Positions 39,517-52,933 of a DNA stretch of 64,000 bases are shown one piece after another. A program made the translations under genes and the position numbers. The stretch is from the NCBI RefSeq assembly GCF_006345805.1, contig NC_043003.1, forward strand, positions 115,568,001-115,632,000, written 5' to 3'. The notes under the pieces were generated by a model. The model ran no database searches. It saw only the letters and a list, made by a program, of their open reading frames with translations, and was not told the origin of the DNA. This stretch comes from Octopus sinensis. Lineage: Eukaryota. Each line of letters starts with the position of its first letter. Positions within the stretch are counted from its first letter, which is position 1.

Positions 39517-41647
39517 GTATATTTATATGCATATATGTATGTATGGCCTTGTGTATTTTAGTTGTTCTTAGGTGGAGAGATTTTGACACCCGCCAATGAC
39601 TATCTATATATCGACCTTTCCCAAGTGACACGACAGAATTTAGTTTTTTTAAAGTTAATTTGCGTGCTCTGATGCAAACTAGTAGAATTTTCACTTTCAC
39701 TGCTCAGCAACCAGAGGGTGGTATTTCTGCAGTTAATCATTATTATTTCGAGCTATTTTTTTTCTTTGTTCCTCAGCATTCAGTTGCCTGAAGCAATGGT
39801 GGCAAATGTTATTAGCAATTCCCTTTTTGAGAAATATTTACCATATTTCTGTAGTTTTGTGTCGTTTTTAAACTCTTTAATAGAACTTGAGGCAAACATT
39901 TTCATCGAATCATCTTAGAGAAATATCATTTTAAGTCCTGCCACACTGTGATCGATATCGTTTTCCGAAGGATTACACATGAAGCAGCTGAATTTCAGTT
40001 ACAATACATAGTGTACCTTGAATTGTATTCTGAATTATACTCTGAATTGTACTCTAATTCTCGCTCCAGTGCAACTGATAACAAGAGCCCTCATTTTGAT
40101 TTTAATATATCGACCGTGAATCCAGTCCTACGGAAAATAATGTGTTGTTGTGATGCCTCGATGGAACTCTCCATATACCTGCATTACTTTCAGCATTTAC
40201 TTTCATTTATATTATAATGATGCTTGAGAAACTTTACTCTTAGCTGCATTCCAATATTTCAAAATAGTTCTTCAATTGCAAGTCGGCAGATTACTGATTT
40301 CTAGATTCCTGTGGAAGGCTTCGACGTATGGAGAGATGCCTTCTAATATGAAGAATACATACAAGAACGGACAAGCAAATTTTAACTTTCTCTTGACATA
40401 TTTGTGTTTTTTTATAAAATGGTAAGGGTTGCAGAATTGAATGGTTTGTTATGCTTTTAGATCGGAGAAGCCAGTCTAGAAAACAGGCTGAAATAATGAG
40501 GTAGAAAAATGCAAATTGGACGGTGACGGGCATCACTAAAGATGTTGAGATGTATTGTTTTGAAGTCCGTGGCGGTTAGCAGCGACAAATAGATAAGAAG
40601 CGACATTTTGTTAAAACTCTTGGTGTATTCGGAGTCCCAATGAAGCATGAGACAACAGGCCTTATTGGATCTATGCTGTGTTGAGGCTGTGGACACGAAG
40701 TATATGAGAATGTTGGTATAAAAAAGACAACAGGAATAAATGTGACATGGAAAATCAAGGAAAAGTAAAGTCGGCACAACATAAAGGGTAGCAAGATAGG
40801 CAAAGACCTGTCTCTCGTGCACCATCCGTTAACGTTCTAAAAATGGCGACATCGTCACCTTTTCCAGTGTTGAAAGAAATTTCTCCGTGCTAACTGTTTC
40901 ACAGTGTTTTTCGTACTAACGAGCGACACCATGCGCTTTTGTTTCTTTTTCGGAAGAAGAATGATAACATAAAAATCAAAGACAGAAAATCGTTTCTAAA
41001 TGTCAACTTGTTGGTAGAGACGGATGGCGTGTATATCACACTATGATCCTCAGAATATGCAATTAAATGTATTGGGAAGGATAGTTCGTAACAGTAAACT
41101 TGCGTGTTGTTCACATAATTGAGGCTAAATAGAAAATGCATTATATATGATGTCAAAGTGACCTGATAACTTAGAGAGAAAAACTGTTACCAAAAACGGT
41201 TTCCAAACAAGAGATATAGAAATGCTGAAGAGGGAATATAAGTAAAGTTCTCAACAAATTATTATGAGTAAAAACTGAATGCGAAACGGAAGCCCATTGG
41301 GATTGATTTCAATCTGTCAAACGCAAAATTTCAGTTACTCTTGGGTGCACTAGCAACTCAAATTCCGGAAAAGCAGAGAGACAGAATTGTGTGAAAGTAG
41401 ATATCCCTCTCTGTTTGCTGTGTTTTTTTAAAATTCTCATGATAATTTGCTTTAATAATTATTTTGTTAATTTAAGTTTCACATTTCAATTTCATTTTAA
41501 ATTCATTTATAATAGAATGTTTATGATTTGCTCTCTGTTCCAATATAAGCTTGTCGAGTGCCATACGGATTGCAAAACCAAAGCTGTTTAAAATACAGAG
41601 TATTTTATTATAGATTTGCGCAGCCTTGCGTTTAAGAAAGTAAAGTG

Positions 41648-41709
<62 letters not shown>

Positions 41710-41732
41710 TATTATTATTACTGTTATTATTA

Positions 41733-41777
<45 letters not shown>

Positions 41778-41812
<35 letters not shown>

Positions 41813-42415
41813 ATTTGGCTCAAAAGCAAATAGCAAGGCCATGTAGGGGGACATGGAGTTAAGTACAGGGTGGTGTTCATGTAAAGAGTTCAGGCCACTT
41901 GAGGTCCAGGGAGGCTTTGAACAAAGCGGTCATCGGCATCTTCACCATCTCGTCTGGCAGCTTGTTCCACGGATCCGCAACCCGGACGGAGAAAGCTCCT
42001 CTCCTTCGATTGAGATGAAATCGTCGCAGGTAGAGCTTTTCGGAATGACCCCGCAGCCGACGTTCGGGAGCAGGAGTGAAGAACATCTCTTTCGAGAGGT
42101 TACACTTTCCGCTTATGATGTTGTGGGCGAGAATGAGATCACCACGACGGCGGCGTTTTTCAAGAAAATAAAGGTCGAGCGTCCTCAGCCTTTCTTCGTA
42201 GGACAAATTTTTGAGACCATGAACCATGCGGGTAGCCAGCTTCTGGACTCTTTCGAGATGCTGTATGTCTTTGAGGAGATAAGGAGAAGAGGCTTGAATC
42301 CCATACTCCAATATGGGTCTCACCAGCGTGACATAGAGTGGTAGGAATATGGCTGCTGTGAGCATTCCGAATGACCGTCGAATCAGGAACAGAATTCCGC
42401 GTGCTTTGTTGGCAG
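41778..42415 (-). mobile_element. 5'-truncated CR1-like LINE 3' end, stop-free, (CTAA)n tail, inserted in (TAT)n
   Basis: ARGILFLIRRSF...LYVTLVRPILEY...LERVQKLATRMV.GLKNLSYEERLRTLDLY..EKRRRRGDLI...FSVRVADPWNKLP...FKASLD; (TAT)n on both flanks. Confidence 0.9.
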
Positions 42416-43229
42416 TATTATTATTACTAATATATGTGATTTCTTCCAGCAATATTTCATTTGGTATATATTTAAATATTTCGATCTTACACACCCATAG
42501 ACCGAATATACATATACACAGGCATATTGATAACCACTCATATTCTCACATACACCGATATTCCACAGATTTTTAGATATCTTCCTTACTGACTAGACTT
42601 TGCTGTCGGCTTGCCTGTACTCTCTTGATTTATTGCGATATATAAGATATATATTCTAACTAAGCAATCTGCTAGATATCATGAAGCACACACACACGCA
42701 CACATATCGTACGTATGTATATCCACGGGCGTGTTTCTACGAGCATGCGTCTTTATGTATGTGTCTATGTATGTATGAATGTATGCATGTGTATGCATAT
42801 GTGAGCCAGTGAGAGGAAAGTAGAGAAAAGACTGAGTAAGCTTTGGAATGGATATGAGACGAAGTTATAGGAAATGCGATTTAATATATATGAAGAAGGG
42901 GCTTGTCTCAATTCATTAGCCAGACATAGAGAAACACTCAACACGGTTTATGATAAATACTGATATCAAAGGATACACAATTTCCTTTTATTACCACCAA
43001 CGTCCCTGTTATATAAATCGATTTTGTTATCATTTAACTTATCAACAAGAAAACTATGAACAGGCTGCAGGATCAATTCAATGATGCTGGTCGTGGAAAT
43101 TGAGCTGAAGATTACGATTGTGATTATGGCCATGTAATCTCATGGAGCCAGAAATTGACGAGGATGGTAGCAATGGTGGCGGTGGTTATCATTATAAATC
43201 GTATATGATAGCTTTTACAATGGCAAGAC

Positions 43230-43255
43230 TGCTTATAATGATAATAATAATAATG

Positions 43256-43295
<40 letters not shown>

Positions 43296-43368
43296 TAATA
43301 ATAATAATACAAATAATAATAATAGTAATGATATTAATAATGATAATAATGATAGTAGTAATAATAAT

Positions 43369-43409
<41 letters not shown>

Positions 43410-43552
43410 CAACAACGACAACAACAATAATAATTATGATGATAATAATAATAATAATAATAATAACAACAATAGTAATAATAATAATCGGTGCCCCAGC
43501 ATGGCCACAGCTCATAAGCTGAAACTAGAATCAATCAATCAATCAATCAATC

Positions 43553-43590
<38 letters not shown>
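43230..43590. repeat. (AAT)n compound microsatellite with a short retroposon 3' tail
   Basis: ggtgccccagcatggccacagctcataagctgaaactagaa(tcaa)n at about 43490-43553; the same tail occurs inverted at about 13900-13955 and 15600-15655. Confidence 0.85.
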
Positions 43591-43592
<2 letters not shown>

Positions 43593-43594
43593 GG

Positions 43595-43720
43595 CGCGCA
43601 TATATTTGTGAGGCATGTGCTTGGTGTACCCCTATCAGACGAGTAGTCATTATGGGGATACAGGGCTTCGTATATTTTACTCTGTTGTCACGTTGATGGC
43701 ATGCGCTGCTCTCTCACTCA
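43595..43720 (+). mobile_element. Interspersed repeat family E, partial
   Basis: Reverse-complement similarity to 62985-63100 (ggtgtaccc.tat.agacg...gtca...gtgtcac.ttgatggc.tgc..tgctctctcactc). Confidence 0.6.
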
Positions 43721-43789
43721 GTAATAATAATCATCCTTTTTACTTTGGGTACAAGGCCTGACATTTTAGGCGATTGGTTGCTTGTCGAT

Positions 43790-43948
43790 TGCACTGAGTC
43801 CAGTGCTCAACTGGTACTTATTTCATCGACTCCGAAAGCATGAAAGGCAAGGTCGACCTCGGTGGAATTTGAACTCAGAACGTAACGATGGACGAAATGT
43901 CGCTTAGATTTTGCCCGGCGTGCTAACGTTTCTGCCAGCTCGCCGCCT
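43790..43948 (-). mobile_element. SINE family B, partial
   Basis: actggtacttatttcatcgactccgaaagcatgaaaggcaaggtcgacctcgg...tgccagctcgccgcc. Confidence 0.85.
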
Positions 43949-44049
43949 TTATAATGGTAATATTAACAAGAATGAATTGCTGGTCAAAAGCAGGTATTAC
44001 GAGCAAATGTCAGTAACGCAAGAATACACCGAGGTGTGGAGAAAGATAA

Positions 44050-44560
44050 ATGAAGAATATGTAAGGAGAAAGAAATGTGCCTTGTGCACATAATTACCTC
44101 TTTGAAGTCCTTTCACTCTGAAGCAATATGAACGCAGACTAGATCGATCAGTATTACCCTGGGACATTCCAGAACAAAGATTTGAAGTAAGCAGAGGATG
44201 GTACCAACAGCAACCAAAAGAGTGTTACGGAGAAGATCACTTTAAAATACTTAAGGGTTTCCTATGGAGAGTGGACATGATATTCAAGCAAAACGACCAG
44301 ATATTACCATTGTGGACAGTGTCAAACAAGTGGATTATCATAGATATCGCTGTATCTACTCATATGAATGTGGCGGTCAAAGAACAGGGGAAATCAGAAA
44401 GAAAAATCAGTATTGGCTTAGCGAGATGCGAAGACTCAGAATGGTTCCTGTAACAGTAATTCGAGTGGTTATAAGAGTTCTAGGGATCGATCTCAACAAG
44501 TCTGAGACTTCAGATCAACATATACTTTCGCATGATGTCAGCTGTACATAATATAGTAGA
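44050..44560 (+). mobile_element. R4/Dong-like restriction-like endonuclease fragment
   Basis: DIQAKRPDITIVD...IIDIAV..(PD..D motif)...VPVTVIRVVI.VLG across frameshifts. Confidence 0.7.
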
Positions 44561-45451
44561 TTTTGCTTCTCTTTTAGGGGATCGATATCATATTTGATTA
44601 TTATTTGGGTCAAGGAATTGTGGCCGTTTCTTTGGGATAAAAATCAGTGATGCTGTTGCTATAGGAAAATGTTTTGTTATGTTCCATAATCTTCCACCTT
44701 ATACACTGAACTACATTATTCCCACCCAGGACTACTGTATCATTAATAGCTAACCACCAATATGTTTCCCGTTTGTCTCTATTAGATCACTCTCTCCATT
44801 AGGACTTTAAAGTCCCACAAAATTTATATGCTGTTGTTCCACGAAGCTCCGTCCTCCGTCCATATTATTTCTCAAATACATAAAATCAAGAGAACATAGA
44901 TTTATTTGTTTCTATTTTCTCAAATACATTTCATTTAATTTCTGTATTTTGTAGCTACTGAAAAGACGACAATTTATGTTAGAGATTTCAATTCCTGTCC
45001 GTGCTTGGTAACTCTAAGAAGATGTTGACTTACTAACCACATTGAGCTTAAGTTTGGAATCCACATCTTGTCTGCTATTCCCATTGAGTGTTTATAATTC
45101 TGATGCTGTTGACACCACTGCTCTGAATGTTACTGCCAAGATATCGAATGCATTAGGATATTCCTTTGTGAGATGTATTTGGGATATATATGTTTGTTGC
45201 AGTTGTTTACGTCTTATACTGTCTCTGTTTTGTGGGATGGTCTCCATAGAGATTCTTATCCCGATAACGTTAGGTTTGTTATATACATTCAGACACACAC
45301 ACATGCACACACACACATAGATATAAAAATTTATACACATATACAGAATTTGTGTATCTATACGTAGATACAAATCTAGATGTGTAAAATTGTGTGTGTG
45401 AGAGAGAGAGAGAGGGAGAGAGAGAGAGAGTGTGTGTGTGTGTGTGCGTGT

Positions 45452-45800
45452 GGTAAGAGTCTTGCTTCTAAACTACATGGTTCCAGGGTCCGGCGCAGTG
45501 GCCCCTTCGGCAAATGTCTTTTTCTTTAGCCACCGGCTGAAAGAAGCCTTGTGACGATTTGATAAGCGGAACCTAAAAGAAGCCTGCCATAAACATGTAT
45601 ATATCTATGTGTGTATAATTTTGTGTCTGTGCTTGTCTCCCACCGCCGCTTTGATAACTGGTGTTAGAGGGTTTACGTACCTGTAAATTAGTGGTTCGGA
45701 ATAAGAAACCGATAAAATATATAAAAAGTTTTAAATAACTGTCGTCGAGGGGCTATTTCTTCGATTGAAACTCTTTGAGCCGGATCCCCAGCTTGACATC
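45452..45800 (+). mobile_element. SINE family A, degenerate
   Basis: gtggtaagagtcttgcttc..actacatggttccagggt...gcggaacctaaaagaagcctg...ttagtggttcgg. Confidence 0.7.
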
Positions 45801-46094
45801 TGTCAAATAAATAAAACTCGTAAAAAATTAAAGAACGATATGTGTGTGTGTGAAAGCGTGCGTGTGTGTGTGTGAAAGCGTGCGTGTGTGTGTATTATGT
45901 ATGTACATACATTATATGTGGGGGGTGTATGTGTGTGTGTGTGTGAGTGTGTATTTTCAATTTCTACAAATAAGACGGAAAAAATAGTCACCAGAGTAGC
46001 AAAAATTCACATAAGTGCCAAGGATGTCACAGCCTACATAGAAAAGTAGAAATTCCAGGGTTTAATTCCATTTCTTAATTTATATATGCGCCCA

Positions 46095-46190
46095 TGGCGT
46101 ATGGTGTAGTGGTTAAAAGCGCGGGCTACCAACCCCAAGGTTCCGAGTTCGATTCCAAGCAATGACCTGAATGATAACATTAATAATAAT
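46095..46190 (+). mobile_element. Short tRNA-derived element (A and B boxes, AAT tail)
   Basis: tggtgtagtggttaa A-box and gagttcgattcc B-box; the acceptor stem does not pair, so it is not a functional tRNA. Confidence 0.7.
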
Positions 46191-46215
46191 ATGTATAGTA
46201 TGTTTGAATGTTTTG

Positions 46216-46269
<54 letters not shown>

Positions 46270-46272
<3 letters not shown>

Positions 46273-47881
46273 AATATTAGGGAATAAATCCAAATTTACA
46301 GGGAAAAAATCAGATTTAGGATTAAATCCAATTTTATAGTAAAATATTATATAATATTATTAGAGACAAAACCACTATTTTGCAAAACAAACAAGGAAAG
46401 ACTTAATCAATACATAAAATTTTAATAAAAAGTCAAAAAAACCGCCACTACAATTGTTTCTTGTCCTGATCGACAATCTTCAGGTGGACTTCCAATCTAA
46501 AATATCAATATTTTAAAATATAAAAATAATAATTTTAAAATAATTAAAGTATTAATGAAAATATATAAATATATAATCTATATATAACCTATATATAATC
46601 CATATATAATCAATATATAAACAATACATAAACTAAAATAAACCTATCAACAATTAAATATAAAATATAAAATATAAAATATAAAACAAAACAAAAAATA
46701 AACTATATATACACCCATACACATATAACTAATTATATATAACCATATCTAAATACATACACTAAATCACACACCTATATATATATCCCTATACATACAC
46801 ATAAAAACGTCTAGGCAACGATAAATAAATAAAATAGCCAAATACTTCAACACAATACTTATTCATACTCCCTCACACACACATACAACCCACATTCCCG
46901 CTCTGGAAACGGACATCACTTAAAATCATGAATGGAGAAATGGAATAAATGGAATTAAAAATTATATTCACTTGGTAAAACGAACATTACTTAAAAATTA
47001 TGAATGAAACAATGCAATAAAACAACAGACATCGTAAATAGACACAAATTACTACGAATTCCTTAACAAAACTACCATGACAAACCAAAACTCATAAAAA
47101 CATATAATGATAAAATCTCCCTTTACTAAACTCTATAACATACCTATATAGCAATCCCCCTAACCTAAACATTCACACACAAATACACACACGTAAACCA
47201 CACACCCACGACATATACAAATACCCACCTCACTCACACATACCTATACATACATATAAACCTCAATATATACTCCAAAAACCCACTCAACCCCACAAAG
47301 ACAAATAAACACATACATCCCCAAACCTATATAGCAAACCCATAAACACATTCACACACAAATATACATACGTAAAACACACACCATATACATATACATA
47401 CTCACTAAACTCGATATATACTACAATATTAACACACCCACACTCATACAGACAAACAAATTATACAAGCAAAATACGCACACACTCACACACAATCCCA
47501 CATACATAAACACTCCAAAGAAAAACAACATTATTACACATAATACGATATATAAAATACATCGTAAGTAACCAGAATAATTAAAACTCATAAAAACATA
47601 AATGATAAAACCTCCCTTTACTAAACCCTATAACATACTTATATAGCAATCCCTTTAACCTATACATTCACACACAAATACACACACGTAAACCACACAC
47701 CCATAACAAATACAAACACCCACCCCACTCACACACACCCACAAGTACATATAAGCCTCAACATATACACCAAACAAAATTACGTTACCAAGGAACCTAA
47801 CATATGTATTTTTTATTAAAGTTTTATGTATTGATTAAGTCTTTCCTTGTTTGTTTTGCAAAATAGTGGTTTTGTCTCTAA

Positions 47882-47890
<9 letters not shown>
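46270..47890 (-). mobile_element. Penelope-like non-coding element with an inverted terminal copy of about 85 bp
   Basis: 46345-46432 is the reverse complement of 47808-47890; TA tracts on both ends; G-poor + strand interior with an internal direct repeat of about 500-bp period. Confidence 0.7.
46445..46487 (-). ncRNA. Minimal type I hammerhead ribozyme
   Basis: Reverse complement: ccac CTGAAGA ttgtc gatcag gacaa GAAA c aatt GTA|gtgg; all three stems pair; palindromic ACAATTGT stem III. Confidence 0.8.
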
Positions 47891-47935
<45 letters not shown>

Positions 47936-48199
47936 GTGAGGTATATTTGCCATCTCAATATGGCTAACCACTAAGAGTGGATGTTACTGTAGCCCCAGGA
48001 GAACATCTCTTCCAGCTGGCTATAGTCGGTATTTGTCTTATTTCTTACAACCTGTTACGTATTCTACCGTATTTTTTTTCGTTTATACTTTTTCGGTTGG
48101 CGGAGGTCGAACCGTTTAGTTACAAAGACGTAAACTCACAAACGCTGGTTGTTAATTGGTAGTGGGTGACAAACCCAGATACAGAGTCTCACACATATT

Positions 48200-48385
48200 T
48201 ACATACATATACAGCGGCCTGCCGTCTGTTTCTGTCTACCAAATATACTCACAAGGCTTTGATCAGTCCGAAACTCTTGCAGAACTTACAAGCAGAAATA
48301 TTTCCCCAAGGTACCACGCCTTGGGATTGAACCCGGATCTATGTTGCTTAGAAGCTAGATTCATACCACAGAAACACACTTGCAT
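48200..48385 (-). mobile_element. SINE family A, degenerate 5' half
   Basis: gtttctgtctaccaaatatactcacaaggctttgatcagtccga...cccaaggtaccacg..ttgggattgaacccgga. Confidence 0.7.
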
Positions 48386-48589
48386 CTACATATATGGGCG
48401 AAGTGCGTGTGTGCCATATGTGTGTATACGTGCATGTATGTATCCGTGTATGTATATACAGTCTGTAGACTGCACTTCTGTACACATTTAAACTTATCTC
48501 TCTATGTGCAGTCACGCACGAATGATACCAAAAAATTATATAAATCTAACCATAAATATCCTTCCCCAAATAAAAGTTTCTACTCTAGG

Positions 48590-49155
48590 CAAGAGGCCGG
48601 AAATTTTGGGTGAGAGGGCCAGTCGATTAGATCGACCCCAGTGCATAACTGGTACTTATTTAATCGACCCCGAAAGGATGAAAGGCAAAGTCGACCTCGG
48701 CGGAATTTGAGCTCAGAACGTAGCGGCAGACGAAATACCTATTTCTTTATTACCCACAAGGGGCTAAACATAGAGGTGACAAACAAGGACAGACAAAGGG
48801 ATTAAGTCGATTACATCGACCCCAGTTCGTAACTGGTATTTAATTTATCGACCCCGAAATGATGAAAAGCAAAGTCGACCTCGGCGGAATTTGAGCTCAG
48901 AACGTAGCAGCAGACGAAATACCTATTTCTTTATTACCCACAAGGGGCTAAACATAGAGGTGACAAACAAGGACAGACAAAGGGATTAAGTCGATTACAT
49001 TGACCCCAGTGCGTAACTGGTACTTAATTTATCGACCCCGAAAGGATGAAAGGCAAAGTCGACCGCGGCGGAATTTGAGCTCAGAACGTAACGGCAGACG
49101 AAATACCGCTAGGCATTTCGCCCGGCGTTCCAACGTTACAGCCAGCTCGCCGCCT
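48590..49155 (-). mobile_element. SINE family B trimer, period about 184 bp
   Basis: gaccccagt recurs at about 48634, 48818 and 49002; only the last unit carries the 5' head. Confidence 0.9.
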
Positions 49156-49789
49156 TATTCCCCAAATAAAAGTTATCACCAACCCATTGTTAACAAAGGA
49201 TATATTATATATCTGATAACGACCACACTGAAACCTTTCTCTCCTTGATTCATTTCCCACGTATTTCTTATTTCTCCCCATTACCTACATATTTTCCCTT
49301 TAATTCGCCAAGTAAACTCCTCATAAATGCGTATAAATAGGTATGCAGTTTGACACTATCTACTGTGAACTACTACGCTTAGCATTCAAATGAACCAAGA
49401 ATCATACAAATGTATTGGAATAAAACGATACCCTCTCTCAAAAGCAACTCATCCAAAACTTCAAAGTCAGACAACTCTTTTTATTTATTAGTTCAACTGA
49501 GTGACTGCTTATATATGCAGGATTGTGAAACCAACAGTTTCTGACATTCATTTAACTACACCGAGAAAAGTGACAACAAAATTAAAATACCACCCTGTGT
49601 CAAACAAAACCGAGTCCTGTGGGGTTCATAAATTAGCATGCAATGAGAAGACTGCAGTTGCCACCCCGTCTCCTACTCTATTAACACGGATAAGCAGGGA
49701 AAATGATAGCGAAAGTATAGGAAGTGATCAATGCCTAATTGAGACAGTATTATAATCTCTTATGAATCATTAATCAATTTTCGTTCCAC

Positions 49790-50300
49790 GGGAACCAAGC
49801 CATTTTTGGTCTTCCCTCTTCAGCTATATATATAAGCTGGCCTTTTCGACCGCCTCCTGTACTCTCCTTATTAGTTTTCGCAGCTCGGAGCTAGAAAAAA
49901 ACAAATCTTTTTTAGAAAAGCGTTGTCATTTTCCTTTCAATGAAGCCTCTACCCACCACTGTCAAGTGATAATATTCCACATTCCATCCCTGTTTTCTGC
50001 ATTCTTCGATTAGCTTTTCGTACCTCTTCTCCTTTCGTTCCTTTGCATTGCCGATGTTCTCTTCCCAAGGTACTTTGACTTCTAGTAAAATTCCTATCCT
50101 CCGGTCTCTGTTCCATAGGACTAAATCTGGTCTTTTTGTTGTTTTTATTAGTGGAAATCTTACTTATCTTTCCAAGTCCGTGGCCACTCCCCAGTATCCC
50201 TTCCATCTTTCGTTCATCTCGTATACTTTACTTGTAGGCCTGGTTTTATATCCTTTTCCACTCCTATAATCCAAAGATTAGGCAGCATGGAGTTTCATGC
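49790..50300 (-). mobile_element. HERO/R2-group non-LTR retrotransposon C-terminal endonuclease fragment
   Basis: Minus strand: PDLVLWNRDRRIGILLEVKVPWEENIGNAKERKEKRYEKLIEECRKQGW...GRGFI...VEKASL..LKRE; related DNA at about 53670-53750. Confidence 0.7.
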
Positions 50301-50429
50301 CTAAACGATTGAGCTCTTCCATAAAGCATAAAGGTCACTGTGGTTTTGACAGCCAATTCTCTCGGCCCTTTGTTGATCAAGGCAGGGTTAACGTTAGATT
50401 TTTCCTGACTATTTTGACCGATTATGTTC

Positions 50430-50785
50430 CTTAATGCTTGATCAATTTACTGAAGATAATACACCAATTCAAATAACTAACGTTTGTATGAAGTTCACGA
50501 AAGGGAATTCAACAACTTGGATTGGTACTCACATTCACCGGATCCCAATATAGTCGGACATTTATGGTACACTTTCGAACAGCAATTGGTAAGCGGGTAA
50601 ATTACATGGAGACGATGTGTTTACTTGAATGATGGCACAATATACCCCGAACAAATGTTCAAAACCTGCAAATGTCGATGACACAACATATTGAGCTGTG
50701 ACTTATGCCAAAATTCGATGAACTCCGCATTTAACAATAAAATTTTCACGTAACAAGTTGCTTTCATTCTTTTGTCCAACCTCTG
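50430..50785 (+). mobile_element. Tc1-like transposase relic with right TIR
   Basis: EDNTPIQ...DWYSHSPDPNIVGHLWYTFEQ (cf. WPxQSPDLNxIEHLW); ends ttttgtccaacctctg|TA. Confidence 0.65.
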
Positions 50786-50791
50786 TATATA

Positions 50792-51183
50792 GGTGCCGGA
50801 GTGACTGTGTGGTAAGTAGCTTGCTTACCAACCACATGGTTCCGGGTTCAGTTCCACTGCGTGGCACCTTGGGCAAGTGTCTTCTACTATAACCTCGGGC
50901 CGACCAAAGCCTTGTGAGTGGATTTGGTAGACGGAAACTGAAAGAAGTCCGTCGTATATATTTATATATATGTGCACCCCCCCCCCCAACATCGCTTGAC
51001 AACCGATGCTGGTGTGTTTACGTCCCCGTAAATTAGCGGTTCGGCAAAAGAGACCGATATGATAAGTACTAGGCTTACAAAGAATAAGTCCTGGGGGTCG
51101 ATTTCCTCGACTAAAGGCGGTGCTCCAGCATGACCGCAGTCAAATGACTGAAACAAGTAAAAAAGAGTAAAAAGAGTAAAGAG
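50792..51183 (+). mobile_element. SINE family A, full length
   Basis: Collinear with 33888-34295. Confidence 0.9.
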
Positions 51184-52442
51184 ATACACACACACACACG
51201 TAGTTGTGCGTGCGTGCGTGTGAGTAAATGGTGTGTCTTAGATTGTGTGTGAGGGAAAGTGTATGTGTAATAAATACATATGTAGTTCATCCTTGCCTGA
51301 CTGCATTACACCGTATTACAAATAATTCCGCCGCCTCATCAACTCACCTAAATTAATATAATTTGAATCACATTCTCCTTTCTTACGCGCAGGCCTCCTT
51401 TTGTCATAATCGTAATATTTTATTGAAGAATTTTATTAACTTAGATCTAACGATGCAGATTATCGCTAGGTTTCCCGATTTCTATTTTTGGTTCCTTATG
51501 TCAGATATTTCCGAACTTTCGTTCATCAATCGCAAAAATTGAATTTCATTTCATATTCCCCATCCTGAGAATATTTATTGTATTTTATCAGACACTTCAC
51601 TCGTTATTCGTTAAATATTACTGAGAAACGTAATTTCATTTTATTTTATTGTCCAAATTCTACATTAGAAATGAAATTCGTTATGTATTGCTGAAAATAG
51701 CTTGTGTAAAATGCGCGAATAGCGTTACTTAGGAGTGCTGTGATATAACTGTGTATTTAATTAATTGAAACTTCGCAGTTTAGTTACATTTCCAGCTTGT
51801 TACAGAAATATATTATCGACAGGTTTAATTTAAACTATTCTAGCAGAGTGATCAGAGATTTTGCCGAATTATTAATACTACGTGTTCAAATTTATTAATA
51901 ATGAAGCACATGTTAGCCAATTAATCTAATTGAGTGCGAATTTCATTTATGGTCCTTAAGACAAGAGTGGGGACTTTTGTGATCATACGGTTCCATTCTG
52001 TCGTCTACTTCAAACATAGTCGCTAATGTACAAGCTTAGCCATTAATAAATTTCCAGGTATCACACTACACTGCGTGTAACTACCTTAAATATAAAGTTA
52101 AATACATAAAGTCTTGTATGATATATATATATATATTTCCTGTTTTATCAAATAGTATATGTTGCTTTTTGAACTTCTCAATATCGTGTATAGAGTTCAT
52201 GATGACATATCAAAACTGCCTCTGAAATTTTATACATTTTTTATTATTAAGAAGGTGTATTAAATCACTTGCAGTGTTGTCAGGCCTGGGTTATAAGGTG
52301 TTGTTTTCATGTGTGCATAGCATACAGTTTCATGACCAATGTGCCGTCGGACCGTTATGTTTTTTCCTGCCGTGGTGAAATGTCCGCAATATTATCCTAT
52401 TTATTAGGGCACACTTTGTCTGAAGTGTCAGCTTAAGATACT

Positions 52443-52900
52443 AGAATCCTTCGATTACCTCTGTCTACGCCGCATCCTTCGTGTCCGCTGGCATCATTTT
52501 GTCTCCAACAATTCGGTGCGACACCAGTGTAGAATCACCTCTCTCCGACAAGTCATCCTAACGAGACGTCTGCGTTGGCTGGGTTATGCCCTCCGTCGTC
52601 AACCAGGAGAATTCATCTACGAAGCAATTTCCCCAGATCCCCTTCAGGGTTGGCGAAAGCGTCGTGGTGGACAACGAAAAACCTGGATGATGACGGTCAA
52701 GGCTGATCTGGAAGCCAATCTAGGCCCCCATGCCTACGGCGTTCACCGCTGGAATAAGGGGTGGTTGGAGATCATGCGGTCGTTAGCATCAAATCGCCAG
52801 GCCTGGTCGGCGTTTGTGAGAGATGCAGCATTGAAGAAGAATGAAGCCAGCTCAACCCACCCCGGGTGAATGCTGTAAGAAGAAGAAGAAAAAGAAGAAA
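52443..52900 (+). mobile_element. 5'-truncated RTE-like LINE with (AAG)n tail and 16-bp TSD
   Basis: CLRRILRVRW...RRLRWLGYALR...RGGQRKTW...NRQAW; TSD gtcagcttaagatact at 52427-52442 and 52901-52916. Confidence 0.9.
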
Positions 52901-52933
52901 GTCAGCTTAAGATACTGCTGCATAGATATATTC

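Noticed and set aside
40835-40900. AAAATGGCG (YY1/start-like motif) in unique sequence
   Set aside because: The ORF closes after 16 codons and there is no supporting splice or promoter context.
41877-42494. 205-aa ORF as a host gene
   Set aside because: CR1 ORF2 C-terminus with an unrelated flanking N-terminus and a tandem-repeat tail.
46095-46170. Functional tRNA gene
   Set aside because: A and B boxes are present but the acceptor stem does not pair, and an AAT tail follows; SINE-like.
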